DNA of 64,000 nucleotides, taken from assembly GCA_963716255.1 (NCBI GenBank), contig OY970303.1, positions 7,488,001-7,552,000 of the forward strand. Direction: 5' to 3'. This stretch comes from an uncultured Gemmatimonadales bacterium (GTDB lineage Bacteria; Gemmatimonadota; Gemmatimonadetes; Longimicrobiales; Longimicrobiaceae). Below, piece after piece: positions 1 to 12,250 of the stretch (position 1 is its first letter; each line of letters opens with the position of its first letter). Made by a program: the position numbers and the translations under genes. Below the pieces are notes generated by a model that was given only the letters and a program-made list of their open reading frames with translations, was not told the origin of the DNA and did no database searches.

Positions 1-2696
1 GGGAGGAGGCCACGGCGGCGCGCATGGCCGCCCACGTCCAGGCGTTCCTCGGCGCCATGGCGGCGGACCCGGAGCGCCGCGTCGCGGACGTGGAGCTGCT
101 GTCCGCGGCGGAGCGGGAGCAGCTCGCGCGCTGGAGCGACGGCGGCGCCGTCCCTCCCGCGGACGCGTGCGTGCACGACCTGTTCGCGGCGCAGGCGGCG
201 CGCACCCCGGACGCGGTCGCGCTGGTGAGCGGCGGCGAATCGCTTACGTACGCGGAGCTGGAGCGCCGCGCCGGCCGCCTGGCGGCCGCGCTGCGGCGGC
301 GCGGCGTGGGCCCGGAGGTGCGGGTGGGGGTGATGCTGGAGCGCACGCCGGAGCTGGTGGCGGCGCTGCTCGCCGTGCTCGTGGCCGGCGGCGCGTACGT
401 CCCCCTGGACCCGGCGCTGCCGCCGGAGCGCCTGGGGTGGATGCTGGAGGACGCGGAGGCCGGGCGGGTGCTGACCACCTCCGCCCTCGCGGGGCGCCTG
501 CCGGCCGGGAGCGCCGCGGCGATTCCCCTCGACGCGCTGCGGGACGAGATCGAGGCGGAGGGAGCCGGGGCGCCGGCCAGCGGCGTGCTCCCCGAGAACC
601 TGTCGCACGTCATCTTCACCTCCGGCTCCACCGGGCGCCCCAAGGGCGTGATGATCCGGCACCGGAGCGTGGCCGCGCGGGTCCGCTGGCTGCGGGACTT
701 CGTCCCGGACGGGGAGCGCCGCTCCGTGCTCTTTTCCACCTCCGTGAGCTTCGACGTGTCGGTGGCCGAGATCTGGGGGACGCTGTGCTGGGGCGGCCGC
801 CTGGTGATGGTGGAGAACGCGCTGGAGCTGGCCACGGTCCGGGAGCCCGTCGTCCTCGCCTCCATGGTCCCCACGGCCGCCGCCGAGCTGCTGCGCTCGG
901 GCGGCATCCCCGCGAGCGTGCGGGCGCTCCACCTGGCCGGCGAGCCGCTGTCCGCCGAGCTGGCGAGGGCGCTCCACGCCACGGGGACGCTGGAGGGGGT
1001 CAGGAACCTGTACGGGCCCACCGAGGACACCACGTACTCCACCTGCTCCACGGTCGGGCGGGGCGGGGAGGTCCGCATCGGCCGGCCGGCGGCGGGCACG
1101 CGGACCCACGTGCTGGACGCCGAGCTGCGGCCCGCCCCGGTGGGCGTCCCCGGGGAGCTGTACCTGGCGGGCGAGGGGACGGCGCGGGGGTACGCGCGCC
1201 GGCCGGAGCTGACCGCCGAGCGCTTCCTCCCCGATCCCGCCGGCCCGGCGGGCGGGCGGATGTACCGCACCGGGGACCGGGTGCGCTGGCGGGCCGGGGG
1301 CGAGCTGGAGTCCCTGGGGCGGACGGACCAGCAGGTCAAGGTGCGCGGCTTCCGCGTCGAGCTGGGCGAGGTCGAGGCCGCGCTGGAGCGCCACCCCGGC
1401 GTCGCCCGGGCGGCGGCCGTGGTCCGCGGCGACGCCCCGGGCGGCCCCCGGATCGTCGCCTACGTCGTCCCCGCCGCGGAGCCCGTGGCCGACGAGGCGC
1501 TGCGCGGCCACCTGCGGTCGCTCCTCCCGGAGTACATGCTGCCGGGCGCCTTCGTCGCGCTCGCCGCCCTGCCGCTCACCGGGAGCGGCAAGACGGACCG
1601 ACGGGCCCTCCCCGCCCCGGAGCGTGCGGAGGACGCCGGCGCGGGCGGGTACCTCGCCCCCCGCGACACCCTGGAGCTGGCGCTCACGCGCATCTGGGAG
1701 GACGTGCTCGGCCTGGAGCGGGTGGGCGTGCGCGACGGCTTCTTCGCCCTCGGCGGGCACTCGCTCCTGGCCGTGCGCCTCATGGCGCGCGTGGAGCAGG
1801 CCACGGGCGCCCGCCTCCCCCTGGCCGTGCTCTTCACCGCCCCCACCGTGGAGCGGCTCGCCGCCGAGCTGCGCCGCGGCGGCGCCCGCGACGACGGCTC
1901 GCCGCTCGTCCCCATCCGCCCGGGGGGGAGCCGCGCGCCGCTCTTCCTGGTGCACCCCGTGGGCGGCGACGTGCTCGCCTACGCCGCGCTGGCCCGGCGC
2001 CTGGACCCGGAGCAGCCGGTGTACGGCCTGCGCTCGCGCGGCCTTGCCGCCGGCGTGGAGCCCGCGCGCACGGTGGAGGAGATGGCGTCGGACTACCTCC
2101 GCGCCATGCGGGAGGTGCAGCCGGCCGGGCCGTACCGGCTGGGCGGCTGGTCCATGGGCGGGGTGGTCGCCTTCGAGATGGCGCGCCGGCTGGAGGCCGC
2201 CGGCGAGCGGGTGGAGCGGCTGGTGCTGGTGGACGCGCAGGTGCCCGCGCTGCACGGCCGCGTCCTGCCGGACGACGAGCGCGAGCTGGTGCGCATCTTC
2301 GCGCAGGACATGGGGCTCCCGCCGGAGCGGCTGGACCTGCCCGAGGGCGGCGGGGAAGCGGACGCGCGGGGATACCTGGGGCGGGTTCTGGAGGGGGCGC
2401 GGGCGGCGGGGGTGGTGCCGCCCGACGTCGACACGGCCCGCATCGAGCAGCTGTACGCGGTGTTCAGCGCCAACCTGGCGGCGCTGTACGGATATCGGCC
2501 GGCGGCGTGGGCGGGCGCGGCCACGCTGCTGCGCGCCGCCGAGCACGACCCGTCGGTGAGCGAGAGCGCCGGGTGGGAGCGGCTGCTGGAGGGCGGGGTG
2601 GAGGTGCGCTCGGTGCCGGGGAGCCACTTCACCCTGGTCCGCGAGCCGCACGCGGATGCGCTGGCCCGCGAGGTGGAGCGGGCGCTGGACGGATAG
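1..2696 (+). CDS. NRPS terminal module, 5'-truncated by the window (end of C domain - A - PCP - thioesterase)
   Basis: Frame is open from the window edge (EEATAARMAAH, cf. EEASGRRMAAH at the C-domain end in the big NRPS). Motifs: [60 protein letters not shown] and GSHF. Confidence 0.95.
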   Translation, partial: EEATAARMAAHVQAFLGAMAADPERRVADVELLSAAEREQLARWSDGGAVPPADACVHDLFAAQAARTPDAVALVSGGESLTYAELERRAGRLAAALRRRGVGPEVRVGVMLERTPELVAALLAVLVAGGAYVPLDPALPPERLGWMLEDAEAGRVLTTSALAGRLPAGSAAAIPLDALRDEIEAEGAGAPASGVLPENLSHVIFTSGSTGRPKGVMIRHRSVAARVRWLRDFVPDGERRSVLFSTSVSFDVSVAEIWGTLCWGGRLVMVENALELATVREPVVLASMVPTAAAELLRSGGIPASVRALHLAGEPLSAELARALHATGTLEGVRNLYGPTEDTTYSTCSTVGRGGEVRIGRPAAGTRTHVLDAELRPAPVGVPGELYLAGEGTARGYARRPELTAERFLPDPAGPAGGRMYRTGDRVRWRAGGELESLGRTDQQVKVRGFRVELGEVEAALERHPGVARAAAVVRGDAPGGPRIVAYVVPAAEPVADEALRGHLRSLLPEYMLPGAFVALAALPLTGSGKTDRRALPAPERAEDAGAGGYLAPRDTLELALTRIWEDVLGLERVGVRDGFFALGGHSLLAVRLMARVEQATGARLPLAVLFTAPTVERLAAELRRGGARDDGSPLVPIRPGGSRAPLFLVHPVGGDVLAYAALARRLDPEQPVYGLRSRGLAAGVEPARTVEEMASDYLRAMREVQPAGPYRLGGWSMGGVVAFEMARRLEAAGERVERLVLVDAQVPALHGRVLPDDERELVRIFAQDMGLPPERLDLPEGGGEADARGYLGRVLEGARAAGVVPPDVDTARIEQLYAVFSANLAALYGYRPAAWAGAATLLRAAEHDPSVSESAGWERLLEGGVEVRSVPGSHFTLVREPHADALAREVERALDG

Positions 2697-2723
2697 GTCG
2701 GGACGGCTGTGAACGGCGGGTTC

Positions 2724-2851
2724 GGGCGTGCCCCCGGCTGCGCCGGGGTCGGGCTTCGGCTCCGTAGGGCTGCAAACAACGCAGCCCAACGGAGTCGAGC
2801 CCCGGCAAACAGCCGCCGGGTCTCGCCCCTTCGGGCCGAAATCCCTCACGC
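2724..2851 (+). repeat. Element A copy 1 (structured dispersed repeat)
   Basis: GGGCGTGCCCCCGG..CCGGGGTCGGGCTTCGGCTCCGTA-GGGCTGC-AAACAAC-GCAGCCC-AACGGAGTCGAGC..TCTCGCCCCTTCGGGCCGAAATCCCTCACGC; begins 28 nt after the NRPS stop. Confidence 0.95.
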
Positions 2852-2860
2852 GGGCATCGT

Positions 2861-3005
2861 GCTGGCGTCCTCGGGGGCCCCCACCCGGCTCGCTCGAGGC
2901 TCCGCACCCTCCCCCGCGAGCGAGGGAGGGCTTCCTGAACCTCAGGTTCATCAGTGTCGTTCTCCCCCTCCCCCCTTGCGGGGGAGGGGGTCGGGGGGAG
3001 GGGAG
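2861..3005 (-). repeat. Element B (palindromic partner repeat) attached to A copy 1
   Basis: Reverse complement matches 20516-20671 and 38116-38248: CCCCTCCCCCGCAAGGGGG..GGGGAGAACGAC..CAGGAAGCCCTCCC..GGGGGAGGGTG..GCGAGCCGGGTGGGGGCC..GGACGCCAGC. Confidence 0.9.
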
Positions 3006-3102
3006 GCTCCGTTGCGCGGCCCGAGGGCGCGCTTCATGTTCGGCCCTCGGACCGCTTCCTCCTTCTCGCCCCGGGCCTTCGTCACCCGCACGACCCGCAG
3101 CC

Positions 3103-3666
3103 GTGAGCGAGCCCACGCCGACCCTTCCCGCCTGCCCGGAGCGGATCGAGCACCCGCGCTTCGTGCTCCGGTGCCGTGACGAGACCGACGCGGCGCGGGT
3201 CAAGGAGCTGGTCGACCGAAACCTGGAGCACCTGCGCCGCTTCATGCCCTGGGCATGGGACGAGCCGCGGCCGGTGGAGGACAAGGCGGCGTGGCTCCGC
3301 GAGGCCCGCGAGAGGTTCATGCGCGGAGAGGAGTGGCAGTTCGGCATCTACTCGGCGGACGAGAGCCGACTGCTGGGCGCGATCGGCCTGCACCGGGGCG
3401 ACGCGCCCGCGACCATGGAGATCGGGTTCTGGCTGGACCGGGACGCGGAAGGGCAGGGGATCGTCACGGAGGCCACGCGCATCCTCACCGGCCTCGCGCT
3501 CACCCGGCTGGGGGCGGCGCGGGTCGAGATCCGCTGCGACGAGCTCAACGAGCGCAGCGCCGCCGTGCCGCGCCGTCTCGGCTACGTCCTGGAAGACACG
3601 CAGGACGAGGTGTACGGGGGACGCCCCCGGCGGGCGCAGACCTGGGTGCGGACGCGGCCGCTCTGA
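3103..3666 (+). CDS. RimJ/RimL-type GNAT N-acetyltransferase
   Basis: RNLEHLRRFMPW, EIGFWLD..AEGQGIVTEA, RVEIRCDELNERSAAVPRRLGY. GTG start at 3103 chosen because the upstream ORF extension reads through repeats. Confidence 0.85.
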   Translation: MSEPTPTLPACPERIEHPRFVLRCRDETDAARVKELVDRNLEHLRRFMPWAWDEPRPVEDKAAWLREARERFMRGEEWQFGIYSADESRLLGAIGLHRGDAPATMEIGFWLDRDAEGQGIVTEATRILTGLALTRLGAARVEIRCDELNERSAAVPRRLGYVLEDTQDEVYGGRPRRAQTWVRTRPL

Positions 3667-3679
3667 GCGCCGGAGCGGG

Positions 3680-3777
3680 CCCTCACCCCCCGGCCCCCTC
3701 CCCCAGAATTGGGGGATATAGGGGGAAAGCCGTGCGAGCCTCAAGCGAGCCGGGTGGGGGCCCCCGCGGACGCCAGC
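3680..3777 (+). repeat. Element B (shortened) attached to A copy 2
   Basis: CCCTCACCCCCCGGCCCCCTCCCCCAGAATTGGGGGA..GCGAGCCTCAAGCGAGCCGGGTGGGGGCC..GGACGCCAGC. Confidence 0.85.
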
Positions 3778-3785
3778 GCAATGCC

Positions 3786-3914
3786 GCGTGAGGGATTTCG
3801 GCCCGAAGGGGCGAGACCCGGCGGCTGTTTGCCGGGGCTCGACTCCGTTGGGCTGCGTTGTTTGCAGCCCTACGGAGCCGAAGCCCGACCCCGGCGCCAG
3901 CCGGGGGCACGCCC
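3786..3914 (-). repeat. Element A copy 2
   Basis: Reverse complement is nearly identical to copy 1, with the same GGGCTGC/GCAGCCC variable stem. Confidence 0.95.
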
Positions 3915-4040
3915 AAACCCGCCGTCAAAAGCCGTTTCAACTCCATCCGACCCGTCCGGGAGCACGATCGTTGCGGAAGGGGGCGCTTCCATCGCGGACC
4001 AAACCCCCGGACCCGAAGCATGCGTGCAGACGCCCGTCCG

Positions 4041-6677
<2,637 letters not shown>

Positions 6678-6711
6678 GCGGCGCTCGCCGTGCTCGACCC
6701 GGCCGTCGGGA

Positions 6712-7683
6712 TCAGTTGCCGCTGACCACCCAGGCGAGCCACTGCTTCTCGAGCTCCGCTCCGCTGGGGGGTATGGCGGGCGCGACCCGGCTCACCTCCC
6801 TCAGTGCCTCGTCGAGGCTCCGCCCGGCGACGAGGTGCCCGGCGAGAGCCCGCAGCGCCACGGAGCCGCCGCGTTCGAACACGAACTCGCCGATAGACAG
6901 CGACTGCGCGTAGAACTGGCTCGATTTCGTCCCGTCCAGCACTCTCTCGACCTCGGGGCCGCGATGGAACTGCACCGGCGACGCTGCGGGCGCGTGCGCG
7001 GCCCGGACGATCCGCCCGAGACGCTCCGGAGTGAGCGGGTGCTCCATGCGCGCGAGCTCCGCGAGGGGGATCCGCCCGTCCAGCTCTGCGCGGAGCTGCG
7101 CTCGCCGCCTCGCCTTGGACTCCGGGCTCTCGCAAAGGGTCGCCGCCATCTCGTCGATCCAATCCGGCAGCGCGGCATGTCCGTAAGCCCGCGCGGGCAT
7201 GCTCCGGCCGCCCGCCAGGTCGTCCGCCAGGGCCGTGGCGAAGACGTGGCACGCTTCGTGGGAGAGGGCCCTGGACTCGGCGATGAGTGCGGCCGGGCCG
7301 GCCGCGTCCATCGACCGCAGATGCCGCTGCGTCAGGAAGGGCAGGAACCCGGCGCCCGCGCGCCGCAGCCGCGACAGGTCGACATCGTCGAAATCGGCAG
7401 GCTCATCGGCGAGGAAGACGACCAGGGCGAGCGGTTCGGTCCCGAAGTGCCGCCGGAACATCCGCCTTGCATGGCGGATCTCGTCCTCACCGTGCCGGAC
7501 TGCCTCCGCCGAGGGTGCGTACAGGGTGTAGCGGTCCGAGCGCCCGACCTGGTACCCGTCCGGCGTGGGCGGCTGAAAGAGCGGGACGGCCCCGCGCGCC
7601 GCCAGTACGACGAGCAGGGCGGCCGCCACGCCGGCGATTGCGCCGGCCCCCTGAAGGGCCCGCGTCCCGTGGCTCTGTCTCAT
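6712..7683 (-). CDS. Exported HExxH zinc metallopeptidase-like protein
   Basis: Hydrophobic N-terminus; LSHEACH followed by LPDWIDEMAA (third ligand Glu region) and FYAQS, a gluzincin/peptidase MA-like layout. Confidence 0.65.
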   Translation of the reverse strand: MRQSHGTRALQGAGAIAGVAAALLVVLAARGAVPLFQPPTPDGYQVGRSDRYTLYAPSAEAVRHGEDEIRHARRMFRRHFGTEPLALVVFLADEPADFDDVDLSRLRRAGAGFLPFLTQRHLRSMDAAGPAALIAESRALSHEACHVFATALADDLAGGRSMPARAYGHAALPDWIDEMAATLCESPESKARRRAQLRAELDGRIPLAELARMEHPLTPERLGRIVRAAHAPAASPVQFHRGPEVERVLDGTKSSQFYAQSLSIGEFVFERGGSVALRALAGHLVAGRSLDEALREVSRVAPAIPPSGAELEKQWLAWVVSGN

Positions 7684-7701
7684 CGGCGTGGAGCGGACCC
7701 G

Positions 7702-8145
7702 CTATCGCAGAGATCCGGGGCTCCGCGGCGCCCCGTCCAGGGTGCCCCGCTGAACGCTGAGCTGAGGCACTTTCGAGGGATGCGGTTTGTTGAAGGCGAT
7801 CGTAGCGGTTTCACCTCCCCGCCTGATGGTGAGCCGGATCTGCGCGCCCACCCCAGCCGCCGCGTACTCCCTCAGGAGCGCATCCACTTGGGTCAGCGGC
7901 TTTCCGTTGAACGCCTGGACCACGTCGCCGCTGCGGAGGTCGATCCCCTCCACCGGGATCATGACCAGTCCGACCACGACGGTTCGATCGACCTCGCCCG
8001 CCAGCATTCCCAGCCAGGTGTTCACGTTGTCCAGCCTGCCGAGCAGGGCCTTGTCAGCCTCGTTGACCGCATGGGTCTGCTGGGCCGAGAGCGGAGCGAC
8101 CGGCAGGAACACGGACAGTCCGACGAGAAACAGCAGCCGCTTCAT
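7702..8145 (-). CDS. Secreted PDZ-like domain protein
   Basis: Signal peptide MKRLLFLVGLSVFLPVAPLSA; LRSGDVVQAFNGKPL..IRLTIRRGG PDZ signature. Confidence 0.7.
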   Translation of the reverse strand: MKRLLFLVGLSVFLPVAPLSAQQTHAVNEADKALLGRLDNVNTWLGMLAGEVDRTVVVGLVMIPVEGIDLRSGDVVQAFNGKPLTQVDALLREYAAAGVGAQIRLTIRRGGETATIAFNKPHPSKVPQLSVQRGTLDGAPRSPGSLR

Positions 8146-8272
8146 CGTTGATCGCCTCCTGTTCGCGGTTTGGCGCCGTCCAGCGAGTCGTACCCGAGCG
8201 AACGTCCGGCCGGGGCGGCGCGGCGAGATCGCCGCGCCGCCCCGGCCGGACCCGCCGGAGCGAAGTTCCGGA

Positions 8273-8455
8273 TCAGAACCCGACGATGTTGCCGTTCTGG
8301 TCGCGGATCACGTAGAACGAGTCGTCCTTGCCGTCGCCGTTGGTGTCGAAGGTGATGGCGCCGGACACAGGATCGATGACCTGGCGAGCCGGAGCCGCGG
8401 CGAACGCGACGAGCGAAAGCGCGAAGGCGAGGCAGAAAGGCTTGGCGAAGCGCAT
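8273..8455 (-). CDS. 60-aa secreted peptide with a DxNGDGxDD Ca-binding-like loop
   Basis: ATG at 8455 preceded by GGGAGAGA; signal peptide MRFAKPFCLAFALSLVAFAAAPA; mature part contains FDTNGDGKDD. Confidence 0.6.
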   Translation of the reverse strand: MRFAKPFCLAFALSLVAFAAAPARQVIDPVSGAITFDTNGDGKDDSFYVIRDQNGNIVGF

Positions 8456-8604
8456 GGTTCTCTCTCCCGCTTGAATGGTGGGTGGTCTGCTGCAGTCTGC
8501 TGCGATAAAGGACCGATCCTTTAGTGTAAATGCATGCACCGACGATTATAGCCGGGAAAGTGCACCGCAACAATGGACTTTTCGGCAAGCGATTGCCGCT
8601 CCGG

Positions 8605-9396
8605 TCAATCCACGCGGCTGGCCTGCGGCTTCGCCCGTGCCGAGCGCACGACCCAGCGGTGCAGCAGCCATTCCCACCCCAGGGTGCCGCGGATTGCACC
8701 GGGAGTGAATCCAAACGTCCGCGCCAGCCGGCGGCTGAGCCCCGACTGGTCGCTGTAGCCGTGCTCCACGGCGATTTGCAGCAACGGGGTACGGGGCTCC
8801 GCCTGGATCCTCAGCGCCGACTGGAGTGCGCGAGCCACCTGGTGCCAGGCGGAAGGCGGGGCGAGCCGGTCCTGCCGGAAGCGGTGGCGAGCCGTGCGCT
8901 CGGACTCGGAAAGGGTGTCCAGGAGATCGCTCAAGCGCGAAAAGCTGCTCCCGCGGTGAAGGATCTCACGCAGGAGGCGAACGACGGCCGGGGAAGGCGT
9001 GGCCCCGTGCAGCGACAGCCAATCGAGCACGTCTTCCCCGATGTCGTGGGGACGGGTCAGGACGGGGCGGAGCGTGTCGAAAAGGGGTTCGCCCGCTCCG
9101 ACGAGGGCGCGGACCCGCAGGCGGGCGGCATGCTGCGCCAGGCGCATCGTGTCGCTGGTCACCTCGGTGACACGCAGGACGATCGGAGCGGTCGGGAATC
9201 GTTCCCGCAGCGTGGAAACCGCTTCCGGGAGGATCCCCCAGTCGTCGCCGCGGCCTCCGACGTCCAGGGCCAGGAGCGTTCCCGGCACGGCCGGTCGGGA
9301 GGCGAGTGCCGCAAGGTCGCGAACAGGCTCTACTTCCCGGTACGGGGGAGTGATCCGGCCGAGCGGGAGGTGACGATCTGTGCCAATCCAGCGCAT
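8605..9396 (-). CDS. AraC-family HTH transcriptional regulator
   Basis: SERTARHRF..PP..W and IAVEHGYSDQSGLSRRLARTFGFTP double-HTH signature. Confidence 0.85.
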   Translation of the reverse strand: MRWIGTDRHLPLGRITPPYREVEPVRDLAALASRPAVPGTLLALDVGGRGDDWGILPEAVSTLRERFPTAPIVLRVTEVTSDTMRLAQHAARLRVRALVGAGEPLFDTLRPVLTRPHDIGEDVLDWLSLHGATPSPAVVRLLREILHRGSSFSRLSDLLDTLSESERTARHRFRQDRLAPPSAWHQVARALQSALRIQAEPRTPLLQIAVEHGYSDQSGLSRRLARTFGFTPGAIRGTLGWEWLLHRWVVRSARAKPQASRVD

Positions 9397-9809
9397 AGGG
9401 GTGATACGTGTGGCGGGGTGTTTGGGCGACTCACGGGCAAGGTCGACGTCCGGCCTGGATCTGCCGGAAGCGGATACCGCCGGGCGGCAGCACGCATTCC
9501 GCCGTTCAATGGGTAAATAGGCGGTCTCCGTTCGTCAATGTTCGACGACCGGGGTGCCCCCGGCCACGGCTCCCGCATGGAGTCAGCGACGGCTCCGCGA
9601 GGTCACTTGTGTGGACAGTGGGGCGATTCTACAATCAAAAGTGGCGCCTGGCACTCGTGGGTGGCACATCGGTCGCGGGACCCCGATTCCACGGCCCGGA
9701 CAAGTGTACGCGAGATGGTACCGTATCTCCGGCGTGGTCCACTGCCGCTCCTGCGTCGCGACGGCGTGGACCGCGCGCAACCGAACCTGCTGAACGGAGG
9801 AGACATTCG

Positions 9810-11051
9810 ATGGGGAAAGGCAACGTCGTCGTGTCGTGTGGACTCCCGCTCGCCCTCGCCGCCCTCGCCGCCTGCGGCCAGGGCGGTGGCGGCGGTACCG
9901 GGCTTGCGGCGCGCGACAGCGCTGGCGTCCGGATCGTCGAGAATGGAGCGCCGCAGTGGAAGGACGGGGGAGGGTGGACGGTCGGCGCCGATCCGACGCT
10001 CGAGATCGGCATGATCGACGGACCCGCCGAATACCAGCTGAGCAGGGTGCGCGGAGCGGTCCGGCTGAGCGACGGCCGGATCGTGATCGCACACGGAGAT
10101 TCAAAGGAGCTCCGCTACTTTGACGCGAGCGGCCGGTTCCTGACCGCTGCCGGGCGAGCAGGCGGGGGGCCAGGCGAGTTCCAGAACCTGGACGTCATTC
10201 ACGGATATCGCGGGGATTCCATCGCAGCATGGGACCCGGACAGCCGCCGCATCTCCGTTTTCGGAGCCGACGGCCGGTTCGGCCGAGCGACCACGATCGA
10301 GGGCATCGACGCCGTCACCGTGTACCTCCGCGGGGTGTTCCGGGACGGATCTCTCGTGTTAGAGCCCACGAAGTCGTTCCAGTCCATGGTCCTGCTGAAG
10401 GAGGGCGAACAGCGTGACACCGTGACCTACCTCCACTATACCGCGGAGGGCTCCTTCGCCGACACCCTTGGCTCTCGCGCCGACCGGGAGTACCTGGCCA
10501 CCCGGGCCGGCAGCTTCACCTCCCAGGCATCCGTGATCTTCGGCCGCGACAGCTACCTCGCGGCTGGCGGCGACAGGGTCTATCTGGGAGAGAGCGACGC
10601 CTTCCGGATCGATGCGCTCGCGGCGGACGGATCGGCGAAGATGAGCATCCGGAGGACGGACGGGCTGCGAGCCGTGAGCAGGGAACAGCTCGCCCGGGTT
10701 CGCGCCGAGGAAGAGGAAAAGCGGCGAAAGGTCAACGAGCAGGTCGCCGCGATCACCAAGGGGCAGGTGCCCGGGCGGGAGGCGCCCGAGCTGCCGAGCC
10801 GGGAGACCGTTCCCGCCTTCGACAACCTGATCGTGGACGAAGCTGGAAACCTGTGGGTGCGAGAGTACCTTTCCACGAGCGAGGACACGCCCCGCTGGTC
10901 CGTCTTCGACAGGGATGGCCGCTGGCTGGGAACGGTCGCGACTCCCAAAGGGATGGATGTCTACCAGATCGGCTCCGATTGGATCCTGGGCAGGGTCAAG
11001 GACGAACTGGACGTGGAATATGTGCGGCTACATCCCCTGAAGAGAGGGTAA
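9810..11051 (+). CDS. 6-bladed beta-propeller-type lipoprotein
   Basis: GGAGGA RBS; lipobox-like LAALAAC; RDSAGVRIVEN, GRAGGGPGEFQ, VDEAGNLWV, WSVFDRDGRWLG repeats. Confidence 0.75.
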   Translation: MGKGNVVVSCGLPLALAALAACGQGGGGGTGLAARDSAGVRIVENGAPQWKDGGGWTVGADPTLEIGMIDGPAEYQLSRVRGAVRLSDGRIVIAHGDSKELRYFDASGRFLTAAGRAGGGPGEFQNLDVIHGYRGDSIAAWDPDSRRISVFGADGRFGRATTIEGIDAVTVYLRGVFRDGSLVLEPTKSFQSMVLLKEGEQRDTVTYLHYTAEGSFADTLGSRADREYLATRAGSFTSQASVIFGRDSYLAAGGDRVYLGESDAFRIDALAADGSAKMSIRRTDGLRAVSREQLARVRAEEEEKRRKVNEQVAAITKGQVPGREAPELPSRETVPAFDNLIVDEAGNLWVREYLSTSEDTPRWSVFDRDGRWLGTVATPKGMDVYQIGSDWILGRVKDELDVEYVRLHPLKRG

Positions 11052-11235
11052 GCGCGAGCGGGCGGCCGGTTCGCCGTCCGGTCCGCCGCGCACGGGATCC
11101 GTGCTCCCGCTGCTGCGGGCGACCCGTGCGCCCGCGCCCTCGATCGAATACATTGCGACACGCCGGAGCGCTTTCCGCGCCCGGAGCCGCCCCGCCGGCC
11201 GCGCAAACGCAACCCTCCACGAACGCACGAAAAGC

Positions 11236-12009
11236 ATGCAGCTCAGCATGGATCCCGCCCGCTGGTTGATCACCCCGCGCCCCAAGCCCGACGCGAAGGT
11301 GCGCCTCTTCTGCCTCCCCTTCGCGGGCGGCGCGGCATCCGCCTACCGGTCGTGGGGCGACCTGATGGGGCCGGACGTGGAGGTCACCGCGGTGCAGCTC
11401 CCCGGGCGCGAGATGCGCCTCCGCGAGCCCGCGTACGACCGCGTGGAGCCGCTGGTCACCGCCCTCGCCGACGTGCTGGAGGCCGCGCCGGAGGCGCGGC
11501 CGTACGCCGTGTTCGGGCACAGCATGGGGGCGCTCATCGCCTTCGAGCTGGTGCGCGAGCTGCGCCGCCGCGGGCGTCCGCTCCCGGTGGCGCTGGTGGC
11601 GTCGGGGCGCAACGCGCCGCACCTGCCCCCGCGCGACCCGCTCATGCACCCGCTCCCGCACGACGAGTTCGTGGACCGGCTGCGCCGCTTCGAGGGCACC
11701 CCCGAGGCGGTGCTGGAGCACCAGGAGCTCATGGAGATGCTCGTCCCGCTCCTGCGCGCCGACTTCGCCGTCAACGAGGCGTACACCCACCGGCCCGAGA
11801 CCACGCTCGACCTGCCGCTCCTCGCCATGGGCGGCGCCGAGGACGTGGAGGCCACCCCCGACGGGATCGCCGAGTGGTCCGCCTACACCACCGGACCGTT
11901 CGAGCTCAAGATCTACCCGGGCGGGCACTTCTTCCTCAACCACCTGGCGGCCGACGTCACGCGGGCCGTGCGCGGCGCGATCCGGTCCGCCATGGGGATG
12001 CCGGTCTGA
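11236..12009 (+). CDS. Type II (editing) thioesterase
   Basis: RLFCLPFAGG, VQLPGRE, FGHSMGA, LRADF, PGGHFFL. Confidence 0.93.
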   Translation: MQLSMDPARWLITPRPKPDAKVRLFCLPFAGGAASAYRSWGDLMGPDVEVTAVQLPGREMRLREPAYDRVEPLVTALADVLEAAPEARPYAVFGHSMGALIAFELVRELRRRGRPLPVALVASGRNAPHLPPRDPLMHPLPHDEFVDRLRRFEGTPEAVLEHQELMEMLVPLLRADFAVNEAYTHRPETTLDLPLLAMGGAEDVEATPDGIAEWSAYTTGPFELKIYPGGHFFLNHLAADVTRAVRGAIRSAMGMPV

Positions 12010-12042
12010 GCTGCCGATACTTCGGACTGAACTGCCGGGTTC

Positions 12043-12171
12043 GGGCGTGCCCCCGGCTGGCGCCGGGGTCGGGCTTCGGCTCCGTAAGCGAGCAAACCAC
12101 GCTCGCTGACGGAGTCGAGCCCCGGCAAACAGCCGCCGGGTCTCGCCCCTTCGGGCCGTAATCCCTCACGC
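12043..12171 (+). repeat. Element A copy 3
   Basis: Same scaffold; variable stem AGCGAGC-AAACCAC-GCTCGCT. Confidence 0.95.
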
Positions 12172-12250
12172 GGGGATCGGCGGCCAGGCGAGTACGGAGC
12201 TATCGTGAGGACCGCTGCATGATGCCGACGACCGACTGCGGAGCTTCCCG

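Noticed and set aside
2724..2851. Element A as a rho-independent terminator, tRNA or known riboswitch
   Set aside because: No U-tract, no T-loop/anticodon/CCA cloverleaf. It occurs in both orientations, inside operons and within a CDS, next to functionally unrelated genes.
2929..2956. Hammerhead ribozyme core on the minus strand (CTGATGA followed by a hairpin)
   Set aside because: The hairpin is followed by CAGGAAG rather than GAAA, stems I/III are not evident, and CTGATGA is not kept in other B copies.
2728..3102. N-terminal ORF extensions through repeats (also 3858-4040, 34486-34647, 47073-47345, 53373-53459)
   Set aside because: They merely translate element A/B, which is stop-poor; family homology starts at the downstream start codons.
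6678..11100. Lower-GC cassette as a prophage, IS or integrative element
   Set aside because: No integrase, transposase, tRNA target or terminal repeats seen; kept only as a putative acquired cassette.
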